Below are positions 37,800-47,626 of a stretch of DNA of 64,000 bases, one piece after another. Source of the DNA: an uncultured Candidatus Rokubacteria bacterium (GTDB taxonomy: Bacteria > Methylomirabilota > Methylomirabilia > Rokubacteriales > DASRDR01); NCBI GenBank assembly GCA_963826115.1, contig CAWGVS010000005.1, positions 2,016,001 to 2,080,000 of the forward strand, in the 5' to 3' direction. Within the stretch, counting starts at the first letter, position 1. Each line of letters opens with the position of its first letter. The position numbers and the translations under genes were made by a program. Under the pieces are notes generated by a model that made no database searches, was not told the DNA's origin, and was given only the letters and a program-made list of their open reading frames with translations.

Positions 37800-38741
37800 C
37801 TATCTCGCCGGGTCGTGGGCGAGAAGATCCACCCGACGCGCCGAGAGCACGCAGCGCTCGTTCTCCAGGCAGTCCGGCGTGACCGGCTCGGCGTGCACGA
37901 CGACGTGAGCCCCCGGGATCGTCGCCGCGATCTCCTTCTCGACGTGGTCCACGAGGTCGTGCGCCTCGCCGAGCGGCAGGTGCCGGCAGGCCAGGATCGT
38001 GAAGTCGATCTGCCGCTGGGAGCCGGAGCGCCGAGTCCGGAGGCTCCTGTGGCCGACGACGAACCGGTGGCGGTGGATCACCTCCTCGATCGCGCGCTGC
38101 TCCGCCTCCGGGAGGGCCGCGTCCATCAGGTCGTTGATCGAGCGCACGAGGAGCCGGTATGCGGAGCCGAGGATGACGCAGGCCACCGCGATTCCGATCA
38201 CGGCGTCCCACACCCCGGAGCCAGTCACCCAGAGGAGCGCGAGGCCAACCATCACGCCGGCGTTGGTCCAGACGTCCGTCTGGTAGTGGAGCGCGTCGGC
38301 GATGAGGACGACCGAGTCGGTTTCCCGGCCGACCCGGCGCAGATGCCGCGTGACCAGCCAGCTGACCACGGTTGCCACGCCCATGACCGCAATGCCCCAC
38401 TCCGCGTGCTCGGGCCGGGCGCCCCGGAGCAGCCGCCGGACCGCCTCCACCAGTAGCCCGCCACCCACGACCGAGATGACCGCCGTCTGCAGGAGCCCGG
38501 CCAGGTTTTCCGCCTTGCCGTGCCCGAAGGGGTGCCCCTCGTCGGCGGGAGAGTCGGCGATCCGGATGGACAGGAGGTTGAAGCTCGAGATCGCCACGTC
38601 GAACAGGGAATCGGCGGCGGCCGAAAGAAGGCCGATCGAGTTCGTCGCGAGCCCGACCCCGAGCTTTCCCGCCGCCAGCGCCGCGGCGGCGCCGATCGCC
38701 ACTCGCTCGGCGCGAATCTTCGGCGAGGCCGCCGTGCTCAT
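37800..38741 (-). CDS. Cation diffusion facilitator (FieF-like)
   Basis: DSLFD, HPFGHGKAE, ADALHYQTD, LMD, AHDLVD, HAEP. Confidence 0.93.
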   Translation of the reverse strand: MSTAASPKIRAERVAIGAAAALAAGKLGVGLATNSIGLLSAAADSLFDVAISSFNLLSIRIADSPADEGHPFGHGKAENLAGLLQTAVISVVGGGLLVEAVRRLLRGARPEHAEWGIAVMGVATVVSWLVTRHLRRVGRETDSVVLIADALHYQTDVWTNAGVMVGLALLWVTGSGVWDAVIGIAVACVILGSAYRLLVRSINDLMDAALPEAEQRAIEEVIHRHRFVVGHRSLRTRRSGSQRQIDFTILACRHLPLGEAHDLVDHVEKEIAATIPGAHVVVHAEPVTPDCLENERCVLSARRVDLLAHDPAR

Positions 38742-38799
38742 ACGCCGATCTTAGCAGCCCCGCGTGAGACGACGCGGGGTTCGATCGGCGGGCTGCCGC

Positions 38800-39591
38800 T
38801 CAGCCGCGAGCGGCCTTCCAGGACTCCAGGAGCTCGGCGAGGTCCCGGACGACCATGTCCGCCTGCCCAGGCTCGTGGCGCTCGCCCACCGGATCGACCC
38901 ACACGGTGACCATCCCCGCCGCGCGGCCCCCGGCAACGTCGGTCGTCAGGCTGTCGCCGACCATCATCGCCTCCGGGGGCCGACAGCCAAGGCGCTCGAG
39001 GGCCATCTCGAAGATGGGGGCGTGGGGTTTCCCCACCACGACGGGACGGGCGCCGCCGGCCACGGCGACGGCCTCCGTCAAGGCGCCGCAGCCGGGGTCG
39101 AACTCTCCCGGCGCCACCGGGAGGCGCGGATCGAGGTTGACCGTGAAGAGCGTCGCGCCCGCGGCCACGGCGCGCGAGGCGGCCCGCAGACGGCCGAAGT
39201 CGAAGAGCGGATCGTTGCCGACCGCCACGACCCGCGCCCGTCGCCAATCATCGAAGTCCACCACGCTGTGCCCGGCCGCTTCGAGGACTTCCCGCATCTC
39301 CCGGGTGCCGAGCGGCAGCACGGCCGCGGGTCCGACCCGGCGCCGGATCGCCTCTCCCAGGAGGTCGAGGGCCGCGAGCACGTCCTTCGCCTCCGCCGTG
39401 ATACCCAGCCGCGAGAGGCGCTCCGCGATCTGACTCGCGCGCTCCCGCGAGCTGTTGGTGACGAAGACCACCCCGCGGCCGTCGGCGCGGAGCGCCTCCA
39501 CCAGCTCGCGGGCCCCGGGAAGCAAGGTCGACCCAGCCCAGATGCAGCCGTCGAGATCGAACGCAAAGCCGCGAAGCGCGGCGAGCCGCAT
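38800..39591 (-). CDS. HAD-IIA (NagD-like) hydrolase
   Basis: FDLDG, VTNSS, VVGKP, MVGDSLTTDV. Confidence 0.9.
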   Translation of the reverse strand: MRLAALRGFAFDLDGCIWAGSTLLPGARELVEALRADGRGVVFVTNSSRERASQIAERLSRLGITAEAKDVLAALDLLGEAIRRRVGPAAVLPLGTREMREVLEAAGHSVVDFDDWRRARVVAVGNDPLFDFGRLRAASRAVAAGATLFTVNLDPRLPVAPGEFDPGCGALTEAVAVAGGARPVVVGKPHAPIFEMALERLGCRPPEAMMVGDSLTTDVAGGRAAGMVTVWVDPVGERHEPGQADMVVRDLAELLESWKAARG

Positions 39592-39596
39592 CGGAC

Positions 39597-39881
39597 TCAG
39601 GTCCTGACCTTCTCGGCGTTCGGACGCCCGAAGGGGCAACCGACGAGCTGGGCGACCCGCAGGCAGACGAGATCGCGAAGCTCCGCCGGAAGCTGTCCCG
39701 ACTTCTCAAGGGCGATCGACAGCCCTGCCGCTGCGCGCACCAGGGGCGGGCAGTGCGCCATCACCAGCGTGGGCGCGAGCGGGGCGCCCCACTGCCGCGT
39801 CTGCCGCCCCAGGACCTCTTGGATCTCGGGCGGGGCCGCCGCGGAATCAATCGGCGGAATGCGGCCGGTGACCTCGCCCAT
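39597..39881 (-). pseudogene. N-terminal half of a CMD/AhpD-like protein, ending just after GCPF
   Basis: Aligns by eye with the N-half of 18112-18702 (WGAPL..., SG.L...L..L...RVA.L.GC.F); second Cys/Sec and C-terminal half are missing. Confidence 0.65.
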
Positions 39882-39940
39882 CGCCGACTACCCGGCCAGT
39901 ACCGGGGCCGACCGCGGGAGCGTGACGCGCGGCCTGCGGC

Positions 39941-40723
39941 TCATGGGCGGATGTCCTGACGGAATCGCGTGACGATGTCCTGACTCCCCTGCACCACCAG
40001 CGAGGTATCCGAGCCGAGCGTCAGGAACTGGTAGCCCTTCCCGTACAGCTCGCGCGCCTGCTCCCAGCCCCGCGTGATGTTGCCGAGGGCGAGGCCGGCC
40101 GCGCGCGTCGACGCCTCCACCCGAGCGAAGGCCGCCTGCACGTCCGGGTGGGCGGGATTCCCCATGTGTCCGAGCGCGGTCGACAGGTCTCCCGGCCCGA
40201 TGAAGATCACGTCGATCCCGGGAACCCGCACGATCTGGTCGATCTCCTCTACGGCCGTCCGCGTCTCCACCTGGAGAACGACGAGGATCTCCTCGTTTGC
40301 GCGCTTCCAGTACTCCGCCGCGTGCCGCCCGTAGCCGCCGGCGCGATGGCTACCCGCGATTCCCCGGATGCCATCGGGCGGGTACTTGGCGGCGCGCACG
40401 GCCGCCTCGGCGTCGGCGCGGCCCCCGATCCATGGCACCATGACGCCGTAGGCACCCATGTCGAGCACTCGCTTGATGATGGCCGGGTCGTTCCACTGGA
40501 CGCGGACCACCGGGATCGCCTCGCTCCCCTCGATCGCCTGTAACTGGGCGAGCAGCGTCTGGAGGTCGCCGTGCCCGTGCTCCATGTCGACGAGGAGCCA
40601 ATCGAAGCCGGCTCGGCTCATGATCTCGGCGCTGATCCCGCTGCACAAGTGGAGCCAGGCGCCCGAGGTCGGGCGCCCCTCGCGGAGCGCGCGCTTGACG
40701 TGATTGGTCTTCACCCAGCTCAC
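39941..40723 (-). CDS. HpcH/HpaI aldolase family
   Basis: GFDWLLVDMEHG, YPP.G.RG, QVET, FIGPGDLS; GTG start with GGAGG. Confidence 0.92.
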   Translation of the reverse strand: MSWVKTNHVKRALREGRPTSGAWLHLCSGISAEIMSRAGFDWLLVDMEHGHGDLQTLLAQLQAIEGSEAIPVVRVQWNDPAIIKRVLDMGAYGVMVPWIGGRADAEAAVRAAKYPPDGIRGIAGSHRAGGYGRHAAEYWKRANEEILVVLQVETRTAVEEIDQIVRVPGIDVIFIGPGDLSTALGHMGNPAHPDVQAAFARVEASTRAAGLALGNITRGWEQARELYGKGYQFLTLGSDTSLVVQGSQDIVTRFRQDIRP

Positions 40724-40908
40724 TCGGTCCTCCACGCGAGCGCCGTGAAGACACTCGCCAAACTTGACTTTTCTCGGTGTGCTGTGGGATATATCCCCGA
40801 CACGGACGGGATCTCTGGGCTCGCCAGACGGCGGGCCATCCACGAGGGGGCGGCCACGGCACCGGTCACTATACGGCAGGGCGCGAGGGCCTGACAACCG
40901 TCGCCCTT

Positions 40909-41679
40909 ATGCTCCTCGAGATCCTCGGCTGCCATGGTGGCAGTGTGCCGAAGCGGCGCCTGCCCAGCTTTCTCATCAACGGCCACGTCCTCCTCGAGGC
41001 GGGCTCGGTGACGAGTGCGCTGCCCCTCGGCGCCCAGGCCGGTATCGAGCATGTCCTCGTCTCCCACGCTCATCTCGACCACACGGTGGGGCTGGCGTTC
41101 CTGGTCGACAACATCCAGTCGACCCAGACCGCAGCCGGTCGGAACGCCGCCGTGACGGCAGCGTCCATCGCGCCCGTGGTCGACGACCTCCGCAGCTACT
41201 GCTTCAACAACCGCCTGTGGCCGGACTTCACGAAGCTACCGACGCCCGAGGACCCCGCGCTCAGGCTTCAGACCCTGCGCGAGCGTGAGCCGATCGAGTT
41301 CGGATCGCTGACAGTGGTTCCGGTGCCCGTCCACCACACCGTCCCTGCCACCGGCTTCATCATCCACGACGGCACCGCCGGCCTGGTGTTCTCGGGGGAC
41401 ACGGGTCCCACCGACGAGATCTGGAAGGTGGCCCGAGAGTTCAAGGGCATTCACGCGATCATCGTGGAGACCGCCTTCCCGAACCGCCTGGAGGACCTTG
41501 CCACCGTCTCCGGCCACTTCACGCCGGCCCTGCTCCAGCGCGAGATGGACAGGATGCCGGACGCGCCACTGTGGATCTACCACATCAAGCCGGCTCACTT
41601 CGAGGAGACGGCGGAAGAACTCGAGCGGCTGGGTGACCGCATTCACATCCTGGAGCAGGACCAGACCCACACCTTCTGA
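40909..41679 (+). CDS. Class II cyclic-nucleotide phosphodiesterase / MBL-fold hydrolase
   Basis: ILGCHGG, SHAHLDH, FNN.LWPDF, SGDTGPT, ETAFPN, GHFTP, YHIKP. Confidence 0.85.
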   Translation: MLLEILGCHGGSVPKRRLPSFLINGHVLLEAGSVTSALPLGAQAGIEHVLVSHAHLDHTVGLAFLVDNIQSTQTAAGRNAAVTAASIAPVVDDLRSYCFNNRLWPDFTKLPTPEDPALRLQTLREREPIEFGSLTVVPVPVHHTVPATGFIIHDGTAGLVFSGDTGPTDEIWKVAREFKGIHAIIVETAFPNRLEDLATVSGHFTPALLQREMDRMPDAPLWIYHIKPAHFEETAEELERLGDRIHILEQDQTHTF

Positions 41680-41818
41680 GGCCAGCCCCGCGCGCGACCG
41701 CGCGCCGCCGGCCGGCCCGCAGCGAGCGGGACCACCCGGGACCGCCGCGCTCACCGGGCAGCGCCCGCGCCGGGTCGGTGCGGGGGTACGGCCTTCGGCC
41801 TACGCTCCCTTCGAGGGC

Positions 41819-42649
41819 TCACGGGCGAACACCCACCGCCCCGTAGTAGTTGAGGCTCATGAAGAAGTCCCCACGGGCAGCGGCCGCCTCCGCGCTCCGG
41901 AGCCAGCGGAGGCCGTCCCGGGCGGCGACGACGCGCCACTGCGTCGCAAGGTCCACACGGCGCTCCAGCATGGCGCGGACGTAGTCGTCGTAGGCCCGAT
42001 CCACGACGACGAAGGCCTGGCTCCGGACGCGCGAAAGCCCGGCCAGCCGCAGGCGGCGCGCGAGCGTTCGCCCGCTCCACGGCTCGGCGTAGAAGCGCTC
42101 CGCGTGTCCATCGACGATCCGGCGGGTCAGCGCGCGATCGGGCACGTCCAGGACGAATGTCCCGAAGTCCTGATCGAGGACCGCCACCCGGCCTCCCGGC
42201 CGCGTGACACGCATCATCTCGCGGAGAATCCGGTCGCTCTCGGGCACGTGGAGGAGGACCGTGACCGCGAGCGCGACATCGAACGACGCCGACGCGAGCG
42301 GCAGGGCGAGACCGTCACCGTGACGGAACAGCGGCCGGGGGCCGGAGCCGGTGATCCGCGCCTGCCGCCGTGCCTCTCCGAGGAGCGCCCGGCTCGGATC
42401 GACGCCCACGACGGCGCCCCCGGCTCCCACACGCGCGGCGGCATCCCGCGTCACCACGCCCGTTCCGCAGCCGACGTCCAGCACGCGCATCCCGTCCCGG
42501 ACGCCCGCCAGCGACAGGAACGCCCGTCGAAGTCGCGCCTGATTCGGTTGCCTGCCCCGGGTTTCGAGAATCCGCGCGAATCGCGCGGGATCCGCCTCGC
42601 GATCGATCGCGCGATACGGGTCGACGGCTCCTGGCACCGCCGAGCTCAC
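41819..42649 (-). CDS. Class I SAM-dependent methyltransferase (UbiE-like)
   Basis: VLDVGCGTG, LPL...SFD, RVTRPGG. Confidence 0.88.
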   Translation of the reverse strand: MSSAVPGAVDPYRAIDREADPARFARILETRGRQPNQARLRRAFLSLAGVRDGMRVLDVGCGTGVVTRDAAARVGAGGAVVGVDPSRALLGEARRQARITGSGPRPLFRHGDGLALPLASASFDVALAVTVLLHVPESDRILREMMRVTRPGGRVAVLDQDFGTFVLDVPDRALTRRIVDGHAERFYAEPWSGRTLARRLRLAGLSRVRSQAFVVVDRAYDDYVRAMLERRVDLATQWRVVAARDGLRWLRSAEAAAARGDFFMSLNYYGAVGVRP

Positions 42650-42665
42650 GGGCGCGGGCCGCCGG

Positions 42666-42926
42666 TCACGAGCGGGCGGCGTACTTGTCGGCGCAGGTCG
42701 CGCTGCAGAAGTAGCGGGTCGCCGGGCCGCTCCCGCGGCTGATCGCCTTTTGGCGCGGGATGTAGGTCTCGCAGACGGGATCCTTGACGAGCTCGTCGAG
42801 ACCCGCGCGCCGCTTCGGCTCGGCGCGAGTCGCGCCGCGGAGCCCTCCGAGGAAGGAATACAGGCTCGCCCGAATGATCAGGAAGAGCAGGAAGGCCAGA
42901 ACCGCGAGGGCGAGAAAGCGGACCAC
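42666..42926 (-). CDS. Small membrane-anchored YHS/TRASH-domain protein
   Basis: N-terminal TM helix; DPVC...YFCS..C. Confidence 0.82.
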   Translation of the reverse strand: MVRFLALAVLAFLLFLIIRASLYSFLGGLRGATRAEPKRRAGLDELVKDPVCETYIPRQKAISRGSGPATRYFCSATCADKYAARS

Positions 42927-42956
42927 GGCGCCTCGGGGTTCGCGGCGAAAGGACCG

Positions 42957-43301
42957 CTACCCGCTCTCCGGCTGGATGCGGACCGTGCGCAGGAAGTCCC
43001 GGTCGAGCTTCGTCAGCTCGTAGCGCAGGTCGCGCGCGTCTTCGCTGTCTTCCTCCGCCGCCTCTCCGGCGTCGGATGCGCGGTCCGCGTCCACGACCTC
43101 GGTTGCCTCGTCGGTCGCATCGTCGGCGGCCTCGTTCGAGCGGGCGGTCGCATCCGCCAAGAGGATGAGCCGCGGCTCGAAGCCGTTGCGTACGAGCTCA
43201 TCGAGCGCCTCGCGCACGGCGGAGGAGCCATCGAGCGAAGCCTCGACGGCCTCGATCAGCTTCGCCACCAGGTCGCGCACGACGTCCCGCTCGTCCATCA
43301 C
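42957..43301 (-). CDS. Conserved-looking hypothetical protein
   Basis: Helical N-terminus, acidic linker, C-terminal LTKLDRDFLRTVRI; operon-like spacing. Confidence 0.65.
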   Translation of the reverse strand: MMDERDVVRDLVAKLIEAVEASLDGSSAVREALDELVRNGFEPRLILLADATARSNEAADDATDEATEVVDADRASDAGEAAEEDSEDARDLRYELTKLDRDFLRTVRIQPESG

Positions 43302-43338
43302 GATGCTGCGCCCAGGATAGCCGTCGCTCGGGTCGGTG

Positions 43339-44151
43339 TCAAACTTCGGGACGTCGCCGGATGGCGTCTTCGAGGCGCCGGAAGCGTCGGCGGAGCGGCT
43401 CGAGCGCCTCGTCGTGCGTGATCACGTAGAGCGCGCCGGTCCGAATGGCCGCCAGCGTCTGCGCCGCGACGTCGTCGGGATCGAGGGTGCGCCCGATCAG
43501 CGTTATCTCGTTCCTTTCCTCGGCGCCCGCGGCGCTCCGCAGAGCGGAGGGCCGGTTCCGTCCCGCCTGCCGGATGCGCGTCGCGACACCCATCGGGCAC
43601 ACCACTGTGACCCCGATGCCGTGAGAGCGAAGGTCCTTGGCGAGGGTCTCGGAGAGCCCGACGACGGCGTACTTGGTGGTGTTGTACACCCCGAGCCCCT
43701 GCGAGGCGATCAGCCCCGCCATGGAGGCCGTGTTCACGATGTGCCCACCCTCCCCGCCCGCAATCATGCGCGGCACGAACGCCAGGAGGCCATGGACCAC
43801 GCCCCAGAGGTTGACGCCCACGACCCATTGCCAGTCCTCCCACGTGGCCGCCTCGAGCCCGCCGTGCACGACGACGCCCGCGTTGTTGCACAGGATGTGG
43901 GTCGCGCCGAAGTGGTCGAACACGCGGTCGGCCAGGAGATCCACCTGACGCCGGTCGGCGACGTCCGCGCGGACCGCCAGCCCCTCCGCGCCGGCAGCCG
44001 CCGCCTGTCGCACGGTCTCGGCGGCGTCGGCCTCGTCGATGTCGGCGACGACGACCCGGGCGCCTTCCCGGGCCAGGGCCAGGGCCAACGCACGGCCGAT
44101 GCCACTTCCTCCCCCCGTGACGACCGCGACCTTCTTGTCGAGGGTCTTCAT
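43339..44151 (-). CDS. SDR family oxidoreductase
   Basis: TGGGSGIG, NNAGV, NTASMAG, YNTTK. Confidence 0.92.
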   Translation of the reverse strand: MKTLDKKVAVVTGGGSGIGRALALALAREGARVVVADIDEADAAETVRQAAAAGAEGLAVRADVADRRQVDLLADRVFDHFGATHILCNNAGVVVHGGLEAATWEDWQWVVGVNLWGVVHGLLAFVPRMIAGGEGGHIVNTASMAGLIASQGLGVYNTTKYAVVGLSETLAKDLRSHGIGVTVVCPMGVATRIRQAGRNRPSALRSAAGAEERNEITLIGRTLDPDDVAAQTLAAIRTGALYVITHDEALEPLRRRFRRLEDAIRRRPEV

Positions 44152-44825
44152 GGGTCGCGGGGCCGTTCGCCCCGCGCCTGGTGGATCGCGCGAAGCTGCG
44201 GGGCGACGACCTGCTCGTAGCACTGGGGACAGACCCCATGGCTGAACTGGGCGTCGGTATGGACGCTCAAGTATTCCTCCACCCGCTGCCAGTAGTTCTG
44301 GTCGTTCCGGATCTTCTTGCAGTAGGAGCAGATCGGCAGGAGGCCATGGAGCTGCTTGACGCGGGTCATGGCCACCTCGAGCTCGCGCACGCGCTCGGCC
44401 AGCTTGCGCCGGAGCTCCACCACGCGCATGGCCACGATCAGGCGGGCATGGAGCTCATCGTGATCGAAGGGCTTGCCCATGAAGTCGTCGGCCCCGGTCT
44501 CCAGGCCCCGAACGACGTTGGCCCGATCGGCATTGGCCGTGAGCAGGATCAGGTAGGGAGGTGTCGGGCTTCCCTGCGCTCGAACGCGCCGGCAGATCTC
44601 CACGCCGTGGATGCCCGGCATGACCCAGTCGAGGATCGCCACGGACGGGGCCTCGGGCCGCTGGAGCGCCGCCCACGCCTCGTCCCCGTCCACCGTGACC
44701 ACGACCCCGTGGCCCCAGCGCCGGAGCGTGGCCTCGAGAAGGCGACGGGACGCGGCGTCGTCCTCGGCGATGAGGACGGGGGGCAGCGCCACAGGGCTTG
44801 CCGCCGGGGAATCGAGCGTCGTCAT
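44148..44825 (-). CDS. Response regulator with C-terminal CxxC...CxxC zinc-ribbon-like tail
   Basis: LIAEDD, ILDWVMP, GADDF..KP; LPICSYCKKIR...SHGVCPQC. Confidence 0.9.
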   Translation of the reverse strand: MTTLDSPAASPVALPPVLIAEDDAASRRLLEATLRRWGHGVVVTVDGDEAWAALQRPEAPSVAILDWVMPGIHGVEICRRVRAQGSPTPPYLILLTANADRANVVRGLETGADDFMGKPFDHDELHARLIVAMRVVELRRKLAERVRELEVAMTRVKQLHGLLPICSYCKKIRNDQNYWQRVEEYLSVHTDAQFSHGVCPQCYEQVVAPQLRAIHQARGERPRDP

Positions 44826-44959
44826 GGTGCGTCCCCTCCACCCTCAGGACGGCACGAGCGGTTCCGGGCGTCCCGAGTCGGCCTCCGCCTCCTCTAACAT
44901 GCCCCGCGAGAAGCCGGCGGGCACTCCTTCCACCGGGTCGGGACACTCTCCCATCAAAC

Positions 44960-46006
44960 CTACACCTCCGGAGCCTCGGAGCGGCCGGTCTCGAGCGACC
45001 GGTACGCCGCCAGCACCACCGCCAGATCGACGCGGGCGGATTCCGGAGGGAGAGCGGGCAGTCGTCCTTCCCGCACCGCCGCGACGAACTCGCCCAGCTG
45101 GGCCACCAGCCCCCGCTTGTCGCGCACGAACGCGCGGGCGCGCCTGATGGAGCGACCCCGGAGCCAGAGAGCGCGGCCCCGGTGGTCCACGCCAAGGGAT
45201 CCCTCGCTGCCGGTCACCCAGGCCCACTGGAGGCGGGGCAGGCCGGGGGCCGCAATGGAGTTGACCAGCGTCGCCACCGCACCACCTTGGAACCGGACGA
45301 GCAGGAAGACCGTGTCCTCGCCTTCGACCGTGGGGAACAAGTTCGGAGGCGCCTGGGCGAAGATCTTCGCGATCGGTCCCGCCCAGTCCTGCAGGAGGTG
45401 CAGGTAGTGGATGCCGCCGTCGATCAGGAGCCCGCCTCCCATCTCGGCGCGCCGGCTCCGCCAGCCCACGGGTCGCCGGTGGCCGCGCGCCGCCACGACG
45501 ATCTGACGCACCTCGCCGATCGCTCCGTCCCGCAGATAGCCACGCACCGCGACGAAGCCCGGCGCGAAGTGCACGTTCTCGGCCACCATCAGCACCACGC
45601 CCGCCGAACGCGCCGCCGAGAGGATGCCGTCGGCCTCGGCGAGAGTTCGCGCGATCGGTTTCTCGAGCAGGATGGCCTTGCCGTGCTCGGCGGCCAGGCG
45701 CGCGTGCGCCTCGTGCAGGTGGTGAGGCGTGCAGACGACGAGGGCATCGACGCGAGGGTCTGCGGCCGCAGCCTCGTAGGAGCCGAAGGCGGCGAAGCCT
45801 CCGAAGCGCCGCCGGTAGGCTTCCGCCCGGTCCGCATCGCGGCTCGCGAACGCGATCCGCACCGCGCCACCCAGCTGCCGGGCGGCGCGAGCGTGAAACG
45901 CGGCGAAACGGCCGCATCCCACGACGCCAAGCCCGAGCGGGCCCGAGCCCGGCCACGCGCGGAGCGGGCGGATCGAAGGGCCACCGCTCGCGTGCGGCAC
46001 CGCCAT
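44960..46006 (-). CDS. Gfo/Idh/MocA oxidoreductase
   Basis: GVVGCG, TPHHLH, LEKP, GGGLLIDGGIH. Confidence 0.9.
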   Translation of the reverse strand: MAVPHASGGPSIRPLRAWPGSGPLGLGVVGCGRFAAFHARAARQLGGAVRIAFASRDADRAEAYRRRFGGFAAFGSYEAAAADPRVDALVVCTPHHLHEAHARLAAEHGKAILLEKPIARTLAEADGILSAARSAGVVLMVAENVHFAPGFVAVRGYLRDGAIGEVRQIVVAARGHRRPVGWRSRRAEMGGGLLIDGGIHYLHLLQDWAGPIAKIFAQAPPNLFPTVEGEDTVFLLVRFQGGAVATLVNSIAAPGLPRLQWAWVTGSEGSLGVDHRGRALWLRGRSIRRARAFVRDKRGLVAQLGEFVAAVREGRLPALPPESARVDLAVVLAAYRSLETGRSEAPEV

Positions 46007-46013
46007 GTCGCGC

Positions 46014-46055
46014 ATCCTACGCACCCTTCCGAGGCCGCGCAACGTCGGATACAAT
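46014..46055. promoter_or_regulatory. Back-to-back -10 boxes for two probably leaderless genes
   Basis: TACAAT (46050-46055) 6 nt before the thiolase ATG; TAGGAT (-, 46014-46019) 7 nt before the Gfo ATG; no SD on either side. Confidence 0.55.
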
Positions 46056-46061
46056 CGGGGC

Positions 46062-47222
46062 ATGCGAAGGATCGCGGTCGTCGGCGTCGGCGTGACGAAG
46101 TTCGGCAAGCACGATCGGACGTGCGCGGAGCTGTTCGCGGAGGCCGGGCTCGACGCCCTGGTGGACGCGGGAATCCGCCCGCGTCAGGTCCAGGGCGTGT
46201 ACGTCGGCAACGTCGTCGGCGAGGCCGGCGAGCGGCAGCTCCACCTCGGCCCGCAGGTCACCTCGGCGCTGGGCATCCCGGAGGTGGCGGCGACGCGGTT
46301 CGAGACCGCCTGCGCCTCGAGCCACGCCGCCTTCCGCCACGCGCTGTTCGAGATCGCCTCCGGCGCGGCGGACGTGCTGCTCGTGGGCGGCACCGAGCGG
46401 GTCCTGACGATGTCCACCGAGCGCTCGACCGAGGTGTTCGCCTACGCCTCCGATGCGATCTTCGAGCAGCCGGCCGGCCTGACGTTCCCGGGCGTCTTCG
46501 CGCTGATCGCCCGCGCCCACATGGCGAAGCACGGCACGACCGAGGAGCAGATGGCGCACGTAGCCGTGAAGAACCACCGCCACGGCGCGCGCAATCCCAA
46601 GGCCCAGTTCCAGAAGGAGATCACGCTCGACCAGGTGCTGCGTAGCGCCAAGGTCGCGGATCCGCTCAAGCTCTACGACTGCTGCCCGTTCTCCGACGGC
46701 GCGGCCGCGGTCGTCATCGCCTCCGAGGAGGTCGCGGCGAGGACGCGGAAGCCCGTGTGGGTGCTGGGCTCGGCCCAGGCGGGAGACTCCATGTGCCTGC
46801 ACGACAAGCGGGATCTCGCGCGGGCCGTTGCCACGGAGCGCGCGGCGCTGGCGGCCTACCAGCAGGCCGGGCTCGGGCCCCGGGACGTGGACGTCGTCGA
46901 GCTCCACGACTGCTTCACGATCGCCGAGATCGTCGCCACCGAGGGCTTGGGCCTCTGCGAGCCGGGCACGGGCGGGATCGCGGCGGAGAAGGGGGAGACG
47001 AGCCTGGGGGGCCGGATTCCGGTGAACGTGTCCGGCGGCCTCAAGGCCAAGGGGCACCCGATCGGGGCGACCGGCGCGGCGCAAGTGGCCGAGATCGCCA
47101 CCCAGCTCCGCGGCGAGGCTGACCGGCGCCAGGTCGAGGGGGCCGCGGTCGGGCTCACCCACACGCTGGGCGGGAACACCGCCACCGTCCTCGTCAGCCT
47201 CTTCGGCCGCGAGCCGCGATGA
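46062..47222 (+). CDS. SCP2-type thiolase / acetyl-CoA acyltransferase
   Basis: ETACASS, VKNH, ELHDCF, KGHPIGATG. Confidence 0.92.
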   Translation: MRRIAVVGVGVTKFGKHDRTCAELFAEAGLDALVDAGIRPRQVQGVYVGNVVGEAGERQLHLGPQVTSALGIPEVAATRFETACASSHAAFRHALFEIASGAADVLLVGGTERVLTMSTERSTEVFAYASDAIFEQPAGLTFPGVFALIARAHMAKHGTTEEQMAHVAVKNHRHGARNPKAQFQKEITLDQVLRSAKVADPLKLYDCCPFSDGAAAVVIASEEVAARTRKPVWVLGSAQAGDSMCLHDKRDLARAVATERAALAAYQQAGLGPRDVDVVELHDCFTIAEIVATEGLGLCEPGTGGIAAEKGETSLGGRIPVNVSGGLKAKGHPIGATGAAQVAEIATQLRGEADRRQVEGAAVGLTHTLGGNTATVLVSLFGREPR

Positions 47223-47626
47223 GCGTGCCGGCCGCGACGTCGGACGCGACGCGCGGCATGACCACGCGCGAGTTCTTCGAAGGCGTGCGAGAGGGTCGCC
47301 TCGTCGTCCAGCGGTGCGCAGCTTGTCGAGCGCTCGCGGTGCCTCCCAAGGCGGTCTGTCCGAGCTGTGAAGGCGTCCGCTGGGAGCGTTCGACGCTCGA
47401 CGGTGACGGCGAGATCGCCTCGTACACGGTGATCCGCGTCCCGCCCGCCCAGTTCGCCGCCGAGGCGCCCTTCGTGGTGGCCGTCACCCGAATGGTCGAG
47501 GGCGTGTCGCTTCTGGGCCGCCTGGCCGGCATGCCGATCGACTCCGTGCGCGTCGGCATGCCGGTTCGCTTCGGCGGTTCGGCCACGAGCACCGACCCGC
47601 CCGTCATCCTGTTCCGTCCCCGCTAG
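47219..47626 (+). CDS. DUF35 Zn-ribbon/OB-fold protein
   Basis: QRCAAC...PPKAVCPSC followed by an OB fold; ATGA-coupled to the thiolase. Confidence 0.9.
   Translation: MSVPAATSDATRGMTTREFFEGVREGRLVVQRCAACRALAVPPKAVCPSCEGVRWERSTLDGDGEIASYTVIRVPPAQFAAEAPFVVAVTRMVEGVSLLGRLAGMPIDSVRVGMPVRFGGSATSTDPPVILFRPR

Noticed and set aside
39588-39599. Terminal TGA of the short CMD as a Sec codon fusing it to the HAD gene
   Set aside because: Not in frame with the HAD ORF and not at a Cys-equivalent position.
40764-40908. Structured leader before the cyclic-nucleotide phosphodiesterase as a riboswitch
   Set aside because: Short hairpins are present but I recognise no known aptamer consensus; such stems are expected at this GC content. 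An Infernal search would settle it.
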